Source: a virus
Lineage: Duplodnaviria > Heunggongvirae > Uroviricota > Caudoviricetes
DNA length: 64,000 bases
Direction: 5' to 3' (one strand)
IMG/VR virus record: IMGVR_UViG_2609460125_000009
Shown: positions 48,112 through 57,701 of the stretch, piece after piece
Layout: the number at the start of each line of letters is the position of its first letter
Position numbering within the stretch: the first letter of the stretch is position 1
Notes under the pieces: model-generated
What the model was told of the DNA's origin: nothing
Database searches by the model: none
Seen by the model: the letters and a program-made list of their open reading frames with translations, nothing else
Position numbers and translations under genes: made by a program

Positions 48112-48705
48112 ATGATTGCAGCCGAAAAAATCAAACAGCGAAAGCGCGACAACTCTCTTCGTGACCTCTGGAGAACACCTGACTGGCTGTTTTCTGCCAT
48201 TCAACGTTATCTTGGAGTGACATTTGATGTTGACGTTGCCTGCAACAAGGACAATGCAAAGCTGCCTAATTTCATAGGCGTTGAGCGTGATGCTTTGAAA
48301 TCTGAATGGGGACAGCCAGGTACAATTGCCTTCCTCAATCCACCCTACTCCAAAATCTCCCCCTGGATTGATGCGGCTATACGTGAGCAGGCTCGCGGAG
48401 TTACAACAGTGATGCTAATTCCTCAATCCCTCGATACAAAGTGGTATGAGCGTGCAACAGAGTGTGCGAATGAGACGATTATTCTGTCTGGTGGCCGCGT
48501 AGCGTTTGTCGAGCCTGACGTCAATTTGGGTCAGGTAGAAGTAAACATCAACCCCGGTGGCAGTATGCTCGTTGTTTTTCGAGGATTTTGTCAGGACGCT
48601 GGGCACTCTATAAGCAAGATCCCTTTGGACGTCATGAAAAGTCTGGGAGGGTATGATCCTGCGAATGTGATCAGGAAAAAAAGACCATCAAAGAAGGCTG
48701 CTTAG
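48112..48705 (+). CDS. DNA N6-adenine methyltransferase (phage Dam-like)
   Basis: Catalytic NPPYS motif and overall organisation of the small phage N6-MTase family. Confidence 0.7.
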   Translation: MIAAEKIKQRKRDNSLRDLWRTPDWLFSAIQRYLGVTFDVDVACNKDNAKLPNFIGVERDALKSEWGQPGTIAFLNPPYSKISPWIDAAIREQARGVTTVMLIPQSLDTKWYERATECANETIILSGGRVAFVEPDVNLGQVEVNINPGGSMLVVFRGFCQDAGHSISKIPLDVMKSLGGYDPANVIRKKRPSKKAA

Positions 48706-48726
48706 TTTGTTCTGGAGTCTGTAATT

Positions 48727-48791
48727 AGCCTGCTTCTGTATATATAAATAACTACATATTAATTATTAATATACGGAAGCAGGCTGTTTTA
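48727..48791 (+). terminator. long-stem hairpin terminator, twin of 1363-1426
   Basis: agcctgcttctgtatat ... atatacggaagcaggct then gtttta; same G.U position as the first copy. Confidence 0.55.
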
Positions 48792-48891
48792 TATCAGAGA
48801 CTCCCAGACCTGAACACCACTACAGAATCCACTAGAACCCCTTCCCAGACGCTTTAAAATCGATTTTATGAACCACTTTAAGGAAACCAAC

Positions 48892-49122
48892 ATGTCATAC
48901 CCGACTAATGTCGTTGCGCTCGTAGAGAGCGATTTTCTGGCCCAGGCTCGTGAAATGATGAAAGATCGTGAGCAGGCTTTCAACTTGTACGAGTGGGCAA
49001 TTAAGTGCTTGCATCTTGGCGAGCATCGCGAACTTGTTGAACAGCTTTTAGGTGAGTTGATCAATGAGGTGTTTGCCTTGAATGTTCAACTACATGGTCG
49101 AGAAAATAATCAATCACAATGA
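48892..49122 (+). CDS. hypothetical protein (76 aa)
   Basis: Start moved to the ATG with AAGGAAACCAACATG context. Confidence 0.4.
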   Translation: MSYPTNVVALVESDFLAQAREMMKDREQAFNLYEWAIKCLHLGEHRELVEQLLGELINEVFALNVQLHGRENNQSQ

Positions 49123-49706
49123 TAGATAAGTACAAACTATTCATAAAGTGAATTGTAAGTGCTAAGATCTGATAGTTTCCAGTCGTAGACTGGAGGCTCG
49201 ACCTGATGGGTGGGGGTAAGCGTCACTGGCGTCAGGTTTAAAAAAGCTCACTACCAGCGTAGAACCGGTGCCGTATAGGTGTCGGGGAAGGGGGAACCAA
49301 AGTGAGCAGAGACAAGGGTCACTTTATGATTGTCGAGTCTGGGGTGTTTCGAGAGGTTGAATCCAGTACTCCCCTTCATAAAGTGTGGGAAGATCTCGGT
49401 TCTGGGGTGCTGTCATCCATAACTTCCCAAGTCTAAGCTGGCAGTAGACTTAGACCATAACTTTTCAGGTTATGAAACGACCAGGTTGGTGAGGGATTTT
49501 TATACTCACCTCCCTGGGAGAGTATTACCTGAAAAGACAACCTCTCACTTCGTTCGAGGTGAACTTCACTCACTTCGTTCGTTCAGTTCAGGTTTATAAA
49601 AACCTGTTCTGGGAAGTAATTTGTTTATTTTAATAATTATTAACACGCACGCGTGTGCGCACGCGCGAGGAAAAAAATCGGCGCGGCGCTTGATTCAGGA
49701 GTTTAT
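49123..49706. other. ~580-bp non-coding region with hairpins, tandem cacttcgttcg repeats and GC palindrome acgcacgcgtgtgcgcacgcgcg next to an AT-rich tract
   Basis: No ORF of 60 aa or more on either strand; structures read directly; function unknown. Confidence 0.4.
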
Positions 49707-50300
49707 ATGACGACGAAGACACCAGCCCGATCGCAAGCAAAAACTCGCAAAAAAGCCAAAAACAAAAATTCTCCCCGCACCAATCCCACAACGCCTGTCG
49801 TAGAGTTCAATCCCCAGCTTAAAACCGTGAAAATCTTCAGTGATGGCTCTTGCCTTAAAAATCCGGGTGGCCCGGGCGGTTACGGTATAGTTCTCCAGTA
49901 TCGTGGTGAGGAACGCGAGTTCTCAGATGGTTTTCATAGCACCACCAATAACCGCATGGAGATGATGGGGGCACTTATCGGGCTGGAGCGTTTGAAATAT
50001 CCATGCAACGTTATTTTGCACTCTGATAGCCAGTATCTGAAAAACGGCATGACACAGTGGATGAAATGGTGGAAACGCAATGGATGGGTGACTTCTGACA
50101 AAAAACCGGTAAAGAATGTTGATCTGTGGAAGCGTCTGGATGAGGCTGCAAGTCGACATAATGTTCGCTGGAAGTGGGTTAAAGGTCACGCCGGGCATCG
50201 TGAAAATGAAATATGTGATCGACTCGCGAAGATCGCAGCTTTTTCCGCAGCAGATATGCCTCACAAGAAAGATATTGGTTTTGTTTACAACAAGCAGTAA
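49707..50300 (+). CDS. rnhA: ribonuclease HI
   Basis: [57 protein letters not shown] align with E. coli RNase HI; start moved to the Met with AGGAG RBS; basic N-terminal extension. Confidence 0.85.
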   Translation: MTTKTPARSQAKTRKKAKNKNSPRTNPTTPVVEFNPQLKTVKIFSDGSCLKNPGGPGGYGIVLQYRGEEREFSDGFHSTTNNRMEMMGALIGLERLKYPCNVILHSDSQYLKNGMTQWMKWWKRNGWVTSDKKPVKNVDLWKRLDEAASRHNVRWKWVKGHAGHRENEICDRLAKIAAFSAADMPHKKDIGFVYNKQ

Positions 50301-50445
50301 GTAAGTGTTTACCTATCATTTTAAATCATGTATCTTATCGGCGTCAGGATGACAATGTGTCGGTAAGACACAGTTCCAGGATGGAACGAGAAAGGCGGCT
50401 GGCAATCGCCAGCCGCAACTCTTTCTGACACTGGATGGAGTCCAC

Positions 50446-50940
50446 ATGGCACGTCAAACCTATTTCACTTCTGCAACTAAACGTCCTCGTTCACTACGTC
50501 AAATTTTGGCCGAATTATTTAGCGGTCGTGTTCTGTCACGTCTTGATGAACTAGAGACTGCCGTTCGGTTGCTGAATGAACGTTTAGATAAGCAAGCGTC
50601 AGTTGTTGCGAACGTGGGGGCGATTGTTACCTCTGGTTCTTCACGCGAAGCGAAAAGTACACGGCCTTTAGTGAAGGAGAAAAACAACAAGGACAGTTCG
50701 AATGGAAAATTTTCAAAGAAAGAGGCTGAAACCAATGGCCTACGTTCTCATTATAGTTTCACTGGCGACGGTAGCCGTTCCAGCCGGCCAGAGCCTTTTG
50801 ATGCCGGGTTCATCCATCACCACACCTCCGTCGACGACAATTACCACCACTCCAGTAGAGCGTCCTGTCACTCTGGATGGGATGACGGTGGATGCGATAC
50901 CTCAAGTTCATCCAGTTACTCAGGATCATGCTGTGACTAA
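50446..50940 (+). CDS. hypothetical protein; C-terminal part overlaps an alternative frame (50702-50953)
   Basis: First ~85 aa protein-like, remainder low complexity; alternative frame encodes a TM segment plus Pro/Thr-rich linker. Confidence 0.35.
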   Translation: MARQTYFTSATKRPRSLRQILAELFSGRVLSRLDELETAVRLLNERLDKQASVVANVGAIVTSGSSREAKSTRPLVKEKNNKDSSNGKFSKKEAETNGLRSHYSFTGDGSRSSRPEPFDAGFIHHHTSVDDNYHHSSRASCHSGWDDGGCDTSSSSSYSGSCCD

Positions 50941-50949
50941 GGCGGTTGT

Positions 50950-51147
50950 ATGAACTGGTTTTCAAATCACTTTGGAAAAACTTGGCTGGCGATTCTGGCT
51001 TTCATAGCTCTCATGGCCGCCGGTTGGGTATCGAACATTGTAAAACTCGTTTGCTCTGGTGATCTCCAGTTTCAGGCTGGTATGACCTTGGCTCGTGTTG
51101 TTGGGATTTTTGTTTTTCCAGTCGGTTCGGTACTTGGTTATTTCTGA
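50950..51147 (+). CDS. small membrane protein (65 aa)
   Basis: Two hydrophobic segments. Confidence 0.4.
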   Translation: MNWFSNHFGKTWLAILAFIALMAAGWVSNIVKLVCSGDLQFQAGMTLARVVGIFVFPVGSVLGYF

Positions 51148-51240
51148 CGGTTGTTAGTGCATATGCATTGACCGTCTTTTCGTAAGCAATTCATGTAACT
51201 AGAAAACAACTTGTTTTAACAAATAACAAAAGGAAAGCAC

Positions 51241-51666
51241 ATGTTAGGTTTATTCAAAAAGAAAACTCGTAAAGCTGTTATCGAGGTCAAAAAAATGGAG
51301 AACCGAGATGCGGTTGAAGCCACCGTGTGGGGCGCGTACATGATCTCCTATGCCGATGGCACATGCGACGCAAAGGAAATTTCCATTCTTGAGAAAACAA
51401 TTGCAGCTCTGCCTGCGTTTTCTCCGTTTGCTGGTGAGATTGCCCAAATGAGCGCCAATATCCGTGCTCAATACGAAGCCTCACCGCGCCGCGCTAATGC
51501 CCAGGCTTTACGTGAGCTGGCTGATGTGGCCGGGACTAATGATGCAGTAGATGTACTGTGTCTGTGCCTTGATATTGCCGACCAAGACGGTATTGGCGAA
51601 CAAGAAGAGCTGGCCCTGAAAAAGATCGCACAGGCGCTTCAGTTGTCACTGGATGCTTATCTCTAA
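51241..51666 (+). CDS. TerB-like domain protein (tentative)
   Basis: Two ADG..(E) helical repeats (ISYADGTCDAKE, DIADQDGIGEQEE); conserved upstream motif. Confidence 0.45.
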   Translation: MLGLFKKKTRKAVIEVKKMENRDAVEATVWGAYMISYADGTCDAKEISILEKTIAALPAFSPFAGEIAQMSANIRAQYEASPRRANAQALRELADVAGTNDAVDVLCLCLDIADQDGIGEQEELALKKIAQALQLSLDAYL

Positions 51667-51824
51667 TGCTTGAGAGATTCCGGCTTGTGACCGTCATTGC
51701 TCTTCTGGTGATGGCGGTGTTGGTGGATTTTACGGGAAAGATGATGTCTGTCATTTCTGATGGCGTCCTCATTGGTCTGGCGATCTACTTCGCTTATCCG
51801 CTAGTCCGTAAAGCAACGTGTTAA
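51666..51824 (+). CDS. small membrane protein (52 aa)
   Basis: ATG overlaps TerB-like stop; hydrophobic; followed by terminator 51828-51856. Confidence 0.4.
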   Translation: MLERFRLVTVIALLVMAVLVDFTGKMMSVISDGVLIGLAIYFAYPLVRKATC

Positions 51825-51963
51825 TGACAAGGGCCAAATGGCCCTTGTGTTTCGTTGACCGAAATAGAGAGTTTGCACCTTTACGTTTAGCTTGCTCCCC
51901 TTTTATGCCACATCACAATAAAGCCAATAAGAAAACAACTTGTTTAAGCATTAGGAAAAACAC

Positions 51964-52530
51964 ATGTGCAAGAAATGCAAAGCGATAGCTGATGAACAAA
52001 ACGCCTTATTCGAAGAAATGGATGCTAATGAACTGGTCAAAATGTTAGCCATTCTTCGAGGAATAGAAGACGTTTCCATATTTGAGAGAGTGGTTACAGC
52101 ACTTAATTTTGAGTCCACCTTTGAAGAGCCAACTCAGATTGTAGCTTTAGCACATCATTTCGGTGTTCATTATCTTGCTGAAAAAGAGAGAGCTGATAAG
52201 TTGCAAGCGACTTTGGATATGGTGAGCGAGACTCAAGGATCTCATGACGGTAATAAAAGTGAGACGATTATTGCCAGCAAAGATCGTGAAATTGCCGGGC
52301 TTAAATCCTCTCTAACGATGTTGATGTCTGCAATTAACCTTATGTCTTCTAAAGCAGGTTATAAAATGCCATCACTAAACAGCGACGATCCGATGGCCGT
52401 TCGCCAGCTTTTAGGTGCAATGGCCGACCAGCTCGACGACACAAAGAGTCGCCTTGAAGACATGATGCGGGAGCTCACGCATCGCCATGACTTGAATAAG
52501 CAGCCGCACAAAACGCAATACGCACTCTAA
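51964..52530 (+). CDS. hypothetical coiled-coil protein
   Basis: 188 aa; conserved upstream motif; terminator gggggc-gaaa-gccccc at 52548-52570. Confidence 0.55.
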   Translation: MCKKCKAIADEQNALFEEMDANELVKMLAILRGIEDVSIFERVVTALNFESTFEEPTQIVALAHHFGVHYLAEKERADKLQATLDMVSETQGSHDGNKSETIIASKDREIAGLKSSLTMLMSAINLMSSKAGYKMPSLNSDDPMAVRQLLGAMADQLDDTKSRLEDMMRELTHRHDLNKQPHKTQYAL

Positions 52531-52671
52531 TACTGCACCAGTCGACAGGGGGCGAAAGCCCCCATTTTTACGCCTTAAATCTGCTGTAACGCCTATGAAT
52601 GCAGCTTTTATGCCTTTTCAAGTTTGCGATAATTACACCAATCAGAAAACAAATTATTTAATGGTGTAATT

Positions 52672-54357
52672 ATGAATACAGCCCTTTCTATCATCGACGA
52701 TGCCAGCTCAAACACGGCTATCGACTATCGTCAGGAAATGAATGTCATCCACGAAATTGTGGCCGAGTGCGAGAAAGAGATCGCCTTCATGTATCAGGTA
52801 CACGACTTCGTTTATGGCGACGAACGCCACAACATGATTAATCGCCTGCTGAGACTAAACCATCGACCAGATGAAGATCGCTCGCGTTTAAATCGAGGTT
52901 GGTTGGATAAAGTCGATCTGGAATGGGTGAAACAGAATATTTGGGCCGAGTACTGGAGGAAGGTCACGGACATGACTAACGTTTTGCTGATCATGCCAGC
53001 TTCCCGTCGAGATGAGTGGCGCGAGCAGTTTATAGAGGGCAAACAGGAAGTCATCAAAACTGACAGAACCGGCTACCAGATGAAGGTTAAAGAGTTCGTT
53101 GGTGTACCGGAGTTCAAAGCAGAAACGGTCATACCCACGATGCTTAATTTGCTGAATGACAGGCACAAATATCTCTCTGAGCGCGTGTATGGCTTGTTTA
53201 AGGCGCTGAGTCCTGCGCACAAGACAAATAAGACAAACGGTTTCAGCGAGCGTCTGATAATCGCTGACTGCATTTCTGATTTCTGGCGGGACAGCGTTAG
53301 CGTGAACTATCGCAAAGAGGACTACATCGACGATCTGCGTGTCTTGCTTCATTTCTTCGCGCACAAAGAATTTATTACCATCAACCGCACTGCTGAGGTG
53401 CTATCAGCTGCGTATAGGGCAAACGACTGCCAGACCGGTGACTGGATGAACGTCGATGGAAATCTGATGCGCGTGAAGATGTTCAAGAACGGCAACGTTC
53501 ACTTTGAAATACATCCTGACGTGGCCTGGAAGTTGAATGAGGTGCTGGCTTACAGTATGCCTGCTGCAATCCCCGCGCCATGCCGAACTGCGCCAAAAAC
53601 ACGGGCACCAAAGCAGTTCGGTTTAATCCAGAAGACGATCTCCGTGCCGGTTCGCACTGCGCTTCGTGACGGGCGATTGAGCAAAGACAAAGGCGTATGG
53701 TACTTCTCTGATTCAGCTCTCCAGAAGTCGCAGGTGGAAGAGCTTGAGCGCACACTGAGCTTCATTGGCGGCGTGCAGGAGAAAAAGCACTGGCAGTTCC
53801 CGTATGAGATCGGCCATACGCTAAATACGATTGTGGCTACCGGATTAATACCGGATACAAAATCACACCAGTTCTACCCTACCCCACGCTTGATTGCTGA
53901 GTACGTTGCCAGAGCCACTGAATTGAAGTCTGGTGAGAAGCTGCTGGAGCCTCAAGCCGGACGTGGGGATCTTCTGGCCTATATCAACGCCGATCTGGAA
54001 GATGTTACCTGCATAGAAATCGCACCTCTCTTCGCTGATATCCTGCGCGGAAAAGGGTATACGAACACGATTTGCTGCGACTTCATAAAGTGGTCTGAGG
54101 ACAACGTAGGTTATCAGTTCGACAAAATCGTTATGAACCCGCCGTACTCGCTTGGTCGTCATAGAGAGCACACGCTGGCTGCGCTGGGGCATCTGAAAGT
54201 CGGCGGGCGTCTTGTAGCAGTATTGCCGGGCACTGCGCCAATACTGGACTGGATGACGATGGATAATTACGTTTATGCCAGAGGGAAGTCGTTTACCAAC
54301 GAGTTTGAAGACACAGGGATCACAGTCAGCGTATACGTTTTCAAACGCGTTAAATGA
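52672..54357 (+). CDS. fusion protein with C-terminal N6-adenine DNA methyltransferase domain
   Basis: C-terminal SAM-binding LLEPQAGRGDL and catalytic NPPY; N-terminal ~400 aa of unknown function. Confidence 0.65.
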   Translation: MNTALSIIDDASSNTAIDYRQEMNVIHEIVAECEKEIAFMYQVHDFVYGDERHNMINRLLRLNHRPDEDRSRLNRGWLDKVDLEWVKQNIWAEYWRKVTDMTNVLLIMPASRRDEWREQFIEGKQEVIKTDRTGYQMKVKEFVGVPEFKAETVIPTMLNLLNDRHKYLSERVYGLFKALSPAHKTNKTNGFSERLIIADCISDFWRDSVSVNYRKEDYIDDLRVLLHFFAHKEFITINRTAEVLSAAYRANDCQTGDWMNVDGNLMRVKMFKNGNVHFEIHPDVAWKLNEVLAYSMPAAIPAPCRTAPKTRAPKQFGLIQKTISVPVRTALRDGRLSKDKGVWYFSDSALQKSQVEELERTLSFIGGVQEKKHWQFPYEIGHTLNTIVATGLIPDTKSHQFYPTPRLIAEYVARATELKSGEKLLEPQAGRGDLLAYINADLEDVTCIEIAPLFADILRGKGYTNTICCDFIKWSEDNVGYQFDKIVMNPPYSLGRHREHTLAALGHLKVGGRLVAVLPGTAPILDWMTMDNYVYARGKSFTNEFEDTGITVSVYVFKRVK

Positions 54358-54418
54358 TAGGTAAATACTTACCTAATTTGTGTAAGAATGTAGTTACTAA
54401 ACGATAAGAGAAAAACAC

Positions 54419-55123
54419 ATGAACAACCTCCAGTTAGAGCATTTTAACGTCACAGGCCATTCTGATTTTCCTTTCAAGTTTACATTGAAAGGTTATGCAG
54501 AGGATGCGGTAGGCCAGATCATTATTGATAAAGGCATCGTTAAGTTTGAGGGGGATTTTGATGAATCCGCGAAAACATTCATAGACTTCGTTGCCAAACG
54601 TTGGAGCGAGCAATGGAAAAACCTGGAAAAGCGCGCCAATGAGTTTGATCGGTTCATGGATGCAATGGATACAGCAAAAGAGGCTCTTGATGCCGGGACT
54701 CCGTTAGATCTGGAGTCACTTTTCAACGGCGAAGTGGCCTCTGCGATGTTCGCCACCATGTTCGCGGGTGAGTTCGTCCGCAGCGGTGCCAAAAACTACC
54801 TTGAGCTGGATTACAACGTCCCTGCAATTGGCGATTTCGTCGTTACCATCCAACGCAAAGAAGGTAAGACGCCAGGTGAACGCGTCGCAGAGCTTGAGGC
54901 CGTTGTGGATCAGCGTAACGGAGAGTGTGACCGTTTGATCAACGAGCTTCATGCACTTCGGGAAGAAAGAATATGTGCGGGTAGCAATACACGTAATGCA
55001 GCGGATATCTACTTCCAGTTAGTTGAGGAATGCCAGATTCCACCAGGTGGCTCTCTTGTCGATTACGTCAGACATTTAATGGCGGAAGTTAACTCCAGCC
55101 ATAAAGATGGTGAGGTGCGCTGA
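54419..55123 (+). CDS. hypothetical protein
   Basis: 234 aa; conserved GAGAAAAACACATG context. Confidence 0.55.
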   Translation: MNNLQLEHFNVTGHSDFPFKFTLKGYAEDAVGQIIIDKGIVKFEGDFDESAKTFIDFVAKRWSEQWKNLEKRANEFDRFMDAMDTAKEALDAGTPLDLESLFNGEVASAMFATMFAGEFVRSGAKNYLELDYNVPAIGDFVVTIQRKEGKTPGERVAELEAVVDQRNGECDRLINELHALREERICAGSNTRNAADIYFQLVEECQIPPGGSLVDYVRHLMAEVNSSHKDGEVR

Positions 55124-55503
55124 TGTTTGGCATTGACGCACAGCGTATAGCCGCTTTTGCAAAAAGCCCTCTTGATAATCCCTTGTCTCGTAGTGAGCAA
55201 ATGGAGCTGGCAAGGCTTTTTCTTCACATTCAAAAACAGGCAGACATTTTCAATAACATGCCTAATCAACCTATTCTGGATGGTCACATCCAGATGGTCA
55301 TTAACAGTCATGAGAAAGGCTGGGCTGCAATCGTCCCCTGCACAATTACATACAAGTTGGCGAAAGAGGTTCAAGAGTTTCGAAAAGCCAGTGTCGAATC
55401 GGAGTCTACCAAAGCCGCAATAAACACTCTTATTCGCATGGGGTTCACATGGACCGGTGGAGCCTACTGGCAAGCACCTCACCCCATTTTATCCGGCAAT
55501 TAG
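55123..55503 (+). CDS. hypothetical protein
   Basis: 126 aa; GGTGAGG RBS; overlapping stop/start. Confidence 0.5.
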   Translation: MFGIDAQRIAAFAKSPLDNPLSRSEQMELARLFLHIQKQADIFNNMPNQPILDGHIQMVINSHEKGWAAIVPCTITYKLAKEVQEFRKASVESESTKAAINTLIRMGFTWTGGAYWQAPHPILSGN

Positions 55504-55622
55504 ACGCTACAAATCCTTCGGCATGAATAAATAAAGGCCATAAGTTGTGGCCTTAAATAAATTGTTTTCTACCTTTTCTTATTTGTGAAAATAACAACAA
55601 CTAGAAAACAACGGAGTTAAGA

Positions 55623-56264
55623 ATGTCTAGTATTTCCGAAGCTCATATGTTCGCCGCTGGCGCTCATGGTGGCGTTGGTCAGAAAAGAAAATATACCGGC
55701 GAAGACTACATCAACCACCCGGTTGCTGTCCGAGAGATTGTTGCATTGCATGACGGAACCGTGGAGATGCAAATCGCGGCGCTTCTGCATGATGTGGTCG
55801 AAGACACCCATGTAACCATAGAGATGGTTCGTGATCACTTCGGTGAGCGCGTAGCTGAAATGGTTCAGGCTCTGACCAACATTGCAAGGCCAGAAGACGG
55901 CAATCGAATACAGCGTTTCATCATCAATGTCCGGGAGCTGGAGCAAAATCTCGACATGCAGACGCGCATGATCAAGCTGGCTGACCTGCTCGACAATACC
56001 TCTTCTATCGTGAGTCGCGATCCCGAGTTTTCAGCTGTCTACCTCGCAGAGAAAGAACTGATGCTGGACGTACTCTTTCACGGCAAAGAGATTGGTGCCA
56101 ACGCTGATGTTGTCGAGTACATGGAGAGGATAGGTATAGAACACCCGTTGCTATTAAGCGCAATGGCGAAAGTCACTGAAGGTATTGCGCTTCTGAAACC
56201 GGTACACATCAAACGTTATGAAAAACACAAATCGCTGATCTGGAGCGCGTGGGAGGCTGCATGA
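55623..56264 (+). CDS. HD-domain phosphohydrolase, SpoT-hydrolase-like (small alarmone hydrolase candidate)
   Basis: AALLHDVVEDT matches the RelA/SpoT hydrolase HD motif; ~210 aa with no synthetase domain. Confidence 0.65.
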   Translation: MSSISEAHMFAAGAHGGVGQKRKYTGEDYINHPVAVREIVALHDGTVEMQIAALLHDVVEDTHVTIEMVRDHFGERVAEMVQALTNIARPEDGNRIQRFIINVRELEQNLDMQTRMIKLADLLDNTSSIVSRDPEFSAVYLAEKELMLDVLFHGKEIGANADVVEYMERIGIEHPLLLSAMAKVTEGIALLKPVHIKRYEKHKSLIWSAWEAA

Positions 56265-56803
56265 AGGTCGAAAAAATAGATGTTCTTTCCTTTGTGCTGA
56301 CGGATCTGGAACGCCTCGATCCGGTTCGAGTGATGATTGAAAACTACGAACCTGGTAAGGGAAGAATCACCATCATCTGCTACGGAAAAGCGTGGACTGC
56401 GGCTTGGTTTGCTATGGGCGGTGATGATGTGCAGACGTTCATTAAGCGGGTCAGCAACGAGTATCTAATCGGCTATTTCGACTCTCAACTGCGAAGCACG
56501 GTCGACGATGACAACGATGCAAATCTGCTTTTCGTGAAGTCAGAAATCATAAAGTTACGAAGAGAGAGAGAAATCGACGCCGTACTGGCTCGTGAAATGT
56601 GGGACGAGGCGGAAAACACCGATGACGTAAAAGAAAGCTGCTGTTGTTTCGGCGTCGGTAACAAACTGCTGAATCTCTTTGGTGATGATCCGTGGTATGC
56701 CGACTGGCCAACGGTACCAAACCCGAAATACCAGTATCTGGAACGCATTGTGAACGCGGTACGTGAAGGGCTGAAAGAGTTAGATAAGTTAGAGGCATCG
56801 TAA
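56261..56803 (+). CDS. hypothetical protein
   Basis: Start moved to the ATG with GGGAGG RBS. Confidence 0.5.
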   Translation: MKVEKIDVLSFVLTDLERLDPVRVMIENYEPGKGRITIICYGKAWTAAWFAMGGDDVQTFIKRVSNEYLIGYFDSQLRSTVDDDNDANLLFVKSEIIKLRREREIDAVLAREMWDEAENTDDVKESCCCFGVGNKLLNLFGDDPWYADWPTVPNPKYQYLERIVNAVREGLKELDKLEAS

Positions 56804-57303
56804 TGAGAGAGAAAATCAAGAACCCGGTCGTCGTATTGTATAAACGGGAAACCAGCGATTCTTATGCGGTATCCATCACTGATGGAAGCCAGAACATGCA
56901 CGATGGTCTGCTAATGGCCTCCGTATCTCCTGATGATTCTGACTACCCTTTCGCCACTTTCGCTATGGTTGGTTACTACATGGCTGCCGAAATTGAGAAG
57001 TTGCGAGCGCAGAGAGACGCATTAGCGGCGGAGAATGCAGCCCTGAAAGAATCTGAGCGAGCATTCGATGCGATGTGTGCCGAGGAACACGGAGATAATT
57101 GGGTTAGCGAATTAACGGAGACTCCAGCCACCGATGCTTTTCTGGCTGAAGTACGTGCGCAGGGCGTGGATATGGCTCGTAACGCGATGATTGATTTTGT
57201 TGATGGTGAAGTTGGGCCAAACAAGAACGTTCCGGGGCTGATTAGAGGCGCAGAGATATGCGTAAGTATTGCTGAACAGCTTCGTAAAGGAGTCATCCAG
57301 TGA
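56803..57303 (+). CDS. hypothetical protein
   Basis: 166 aa; GAGG RBS. Confidence 0.5.
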   Translation: MREKIKNPVVVLYKRETSDSYAVSITDGSQNMHDGLLMASVSPDDSDYPFATFAMVGYYMAAEIEKLRAQRDALAAENAALKESERAFDAMCAEEHGDNWVSELTETPATDAFLAEVRAQGVDMARNAMIDFVDGEVGPNKNVPGLIRGAEICVSIAEQLRKGVIQ

Positions 57304-57701
57304 GCAAGATTGACTATCAGGCACTGCGTGAGGCGGCAGAGCGTGCAATTCCGGCAATGGAACGCCTGTTAATGTTGCCAGTTGATGATGATCTGATATG
57401 CGAACAGGAACTTAAAGATAGCGGTGTTGATATTGATGCCCTCAACGCCTTCAAATTTCTGGCCGGACCAGAAACCGTGCTGGCACTACTGGATGAGATC
57501 AACGCATTAGAGGAAACGCGTATCAACGATGTTTGCCGTATTGCGGAACTAACAAAACAACTGGAGTTGGCAAAATCAAAACTCAACGAGCAGCGTGAGT
57601 ATTACGAGGGCGTTATCTCGGATGGAAGTAAGCGCATAGCCGCTCTTCTTCGCAAGGACAATCTTGCCAGCGCCACGAACATTGAAGGTGAAAGAAAATG
57701 A
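57300..57701 (+). CDS. hypothetical protein (GTG start)
   Basis: 133 aa; AGGAG RBS. Confidence 0.45.
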   Translation: MSKIDYQALREAAERAIPAMERLLMLPVDDDLICEQELKDSGVDIDALNAFKFLAGPETVLALLDEINALEETRINDVCRIAELTKQLELAKSKLNEQREYYEGVISDGSKRIAALLRKDNLASATNIEGERK

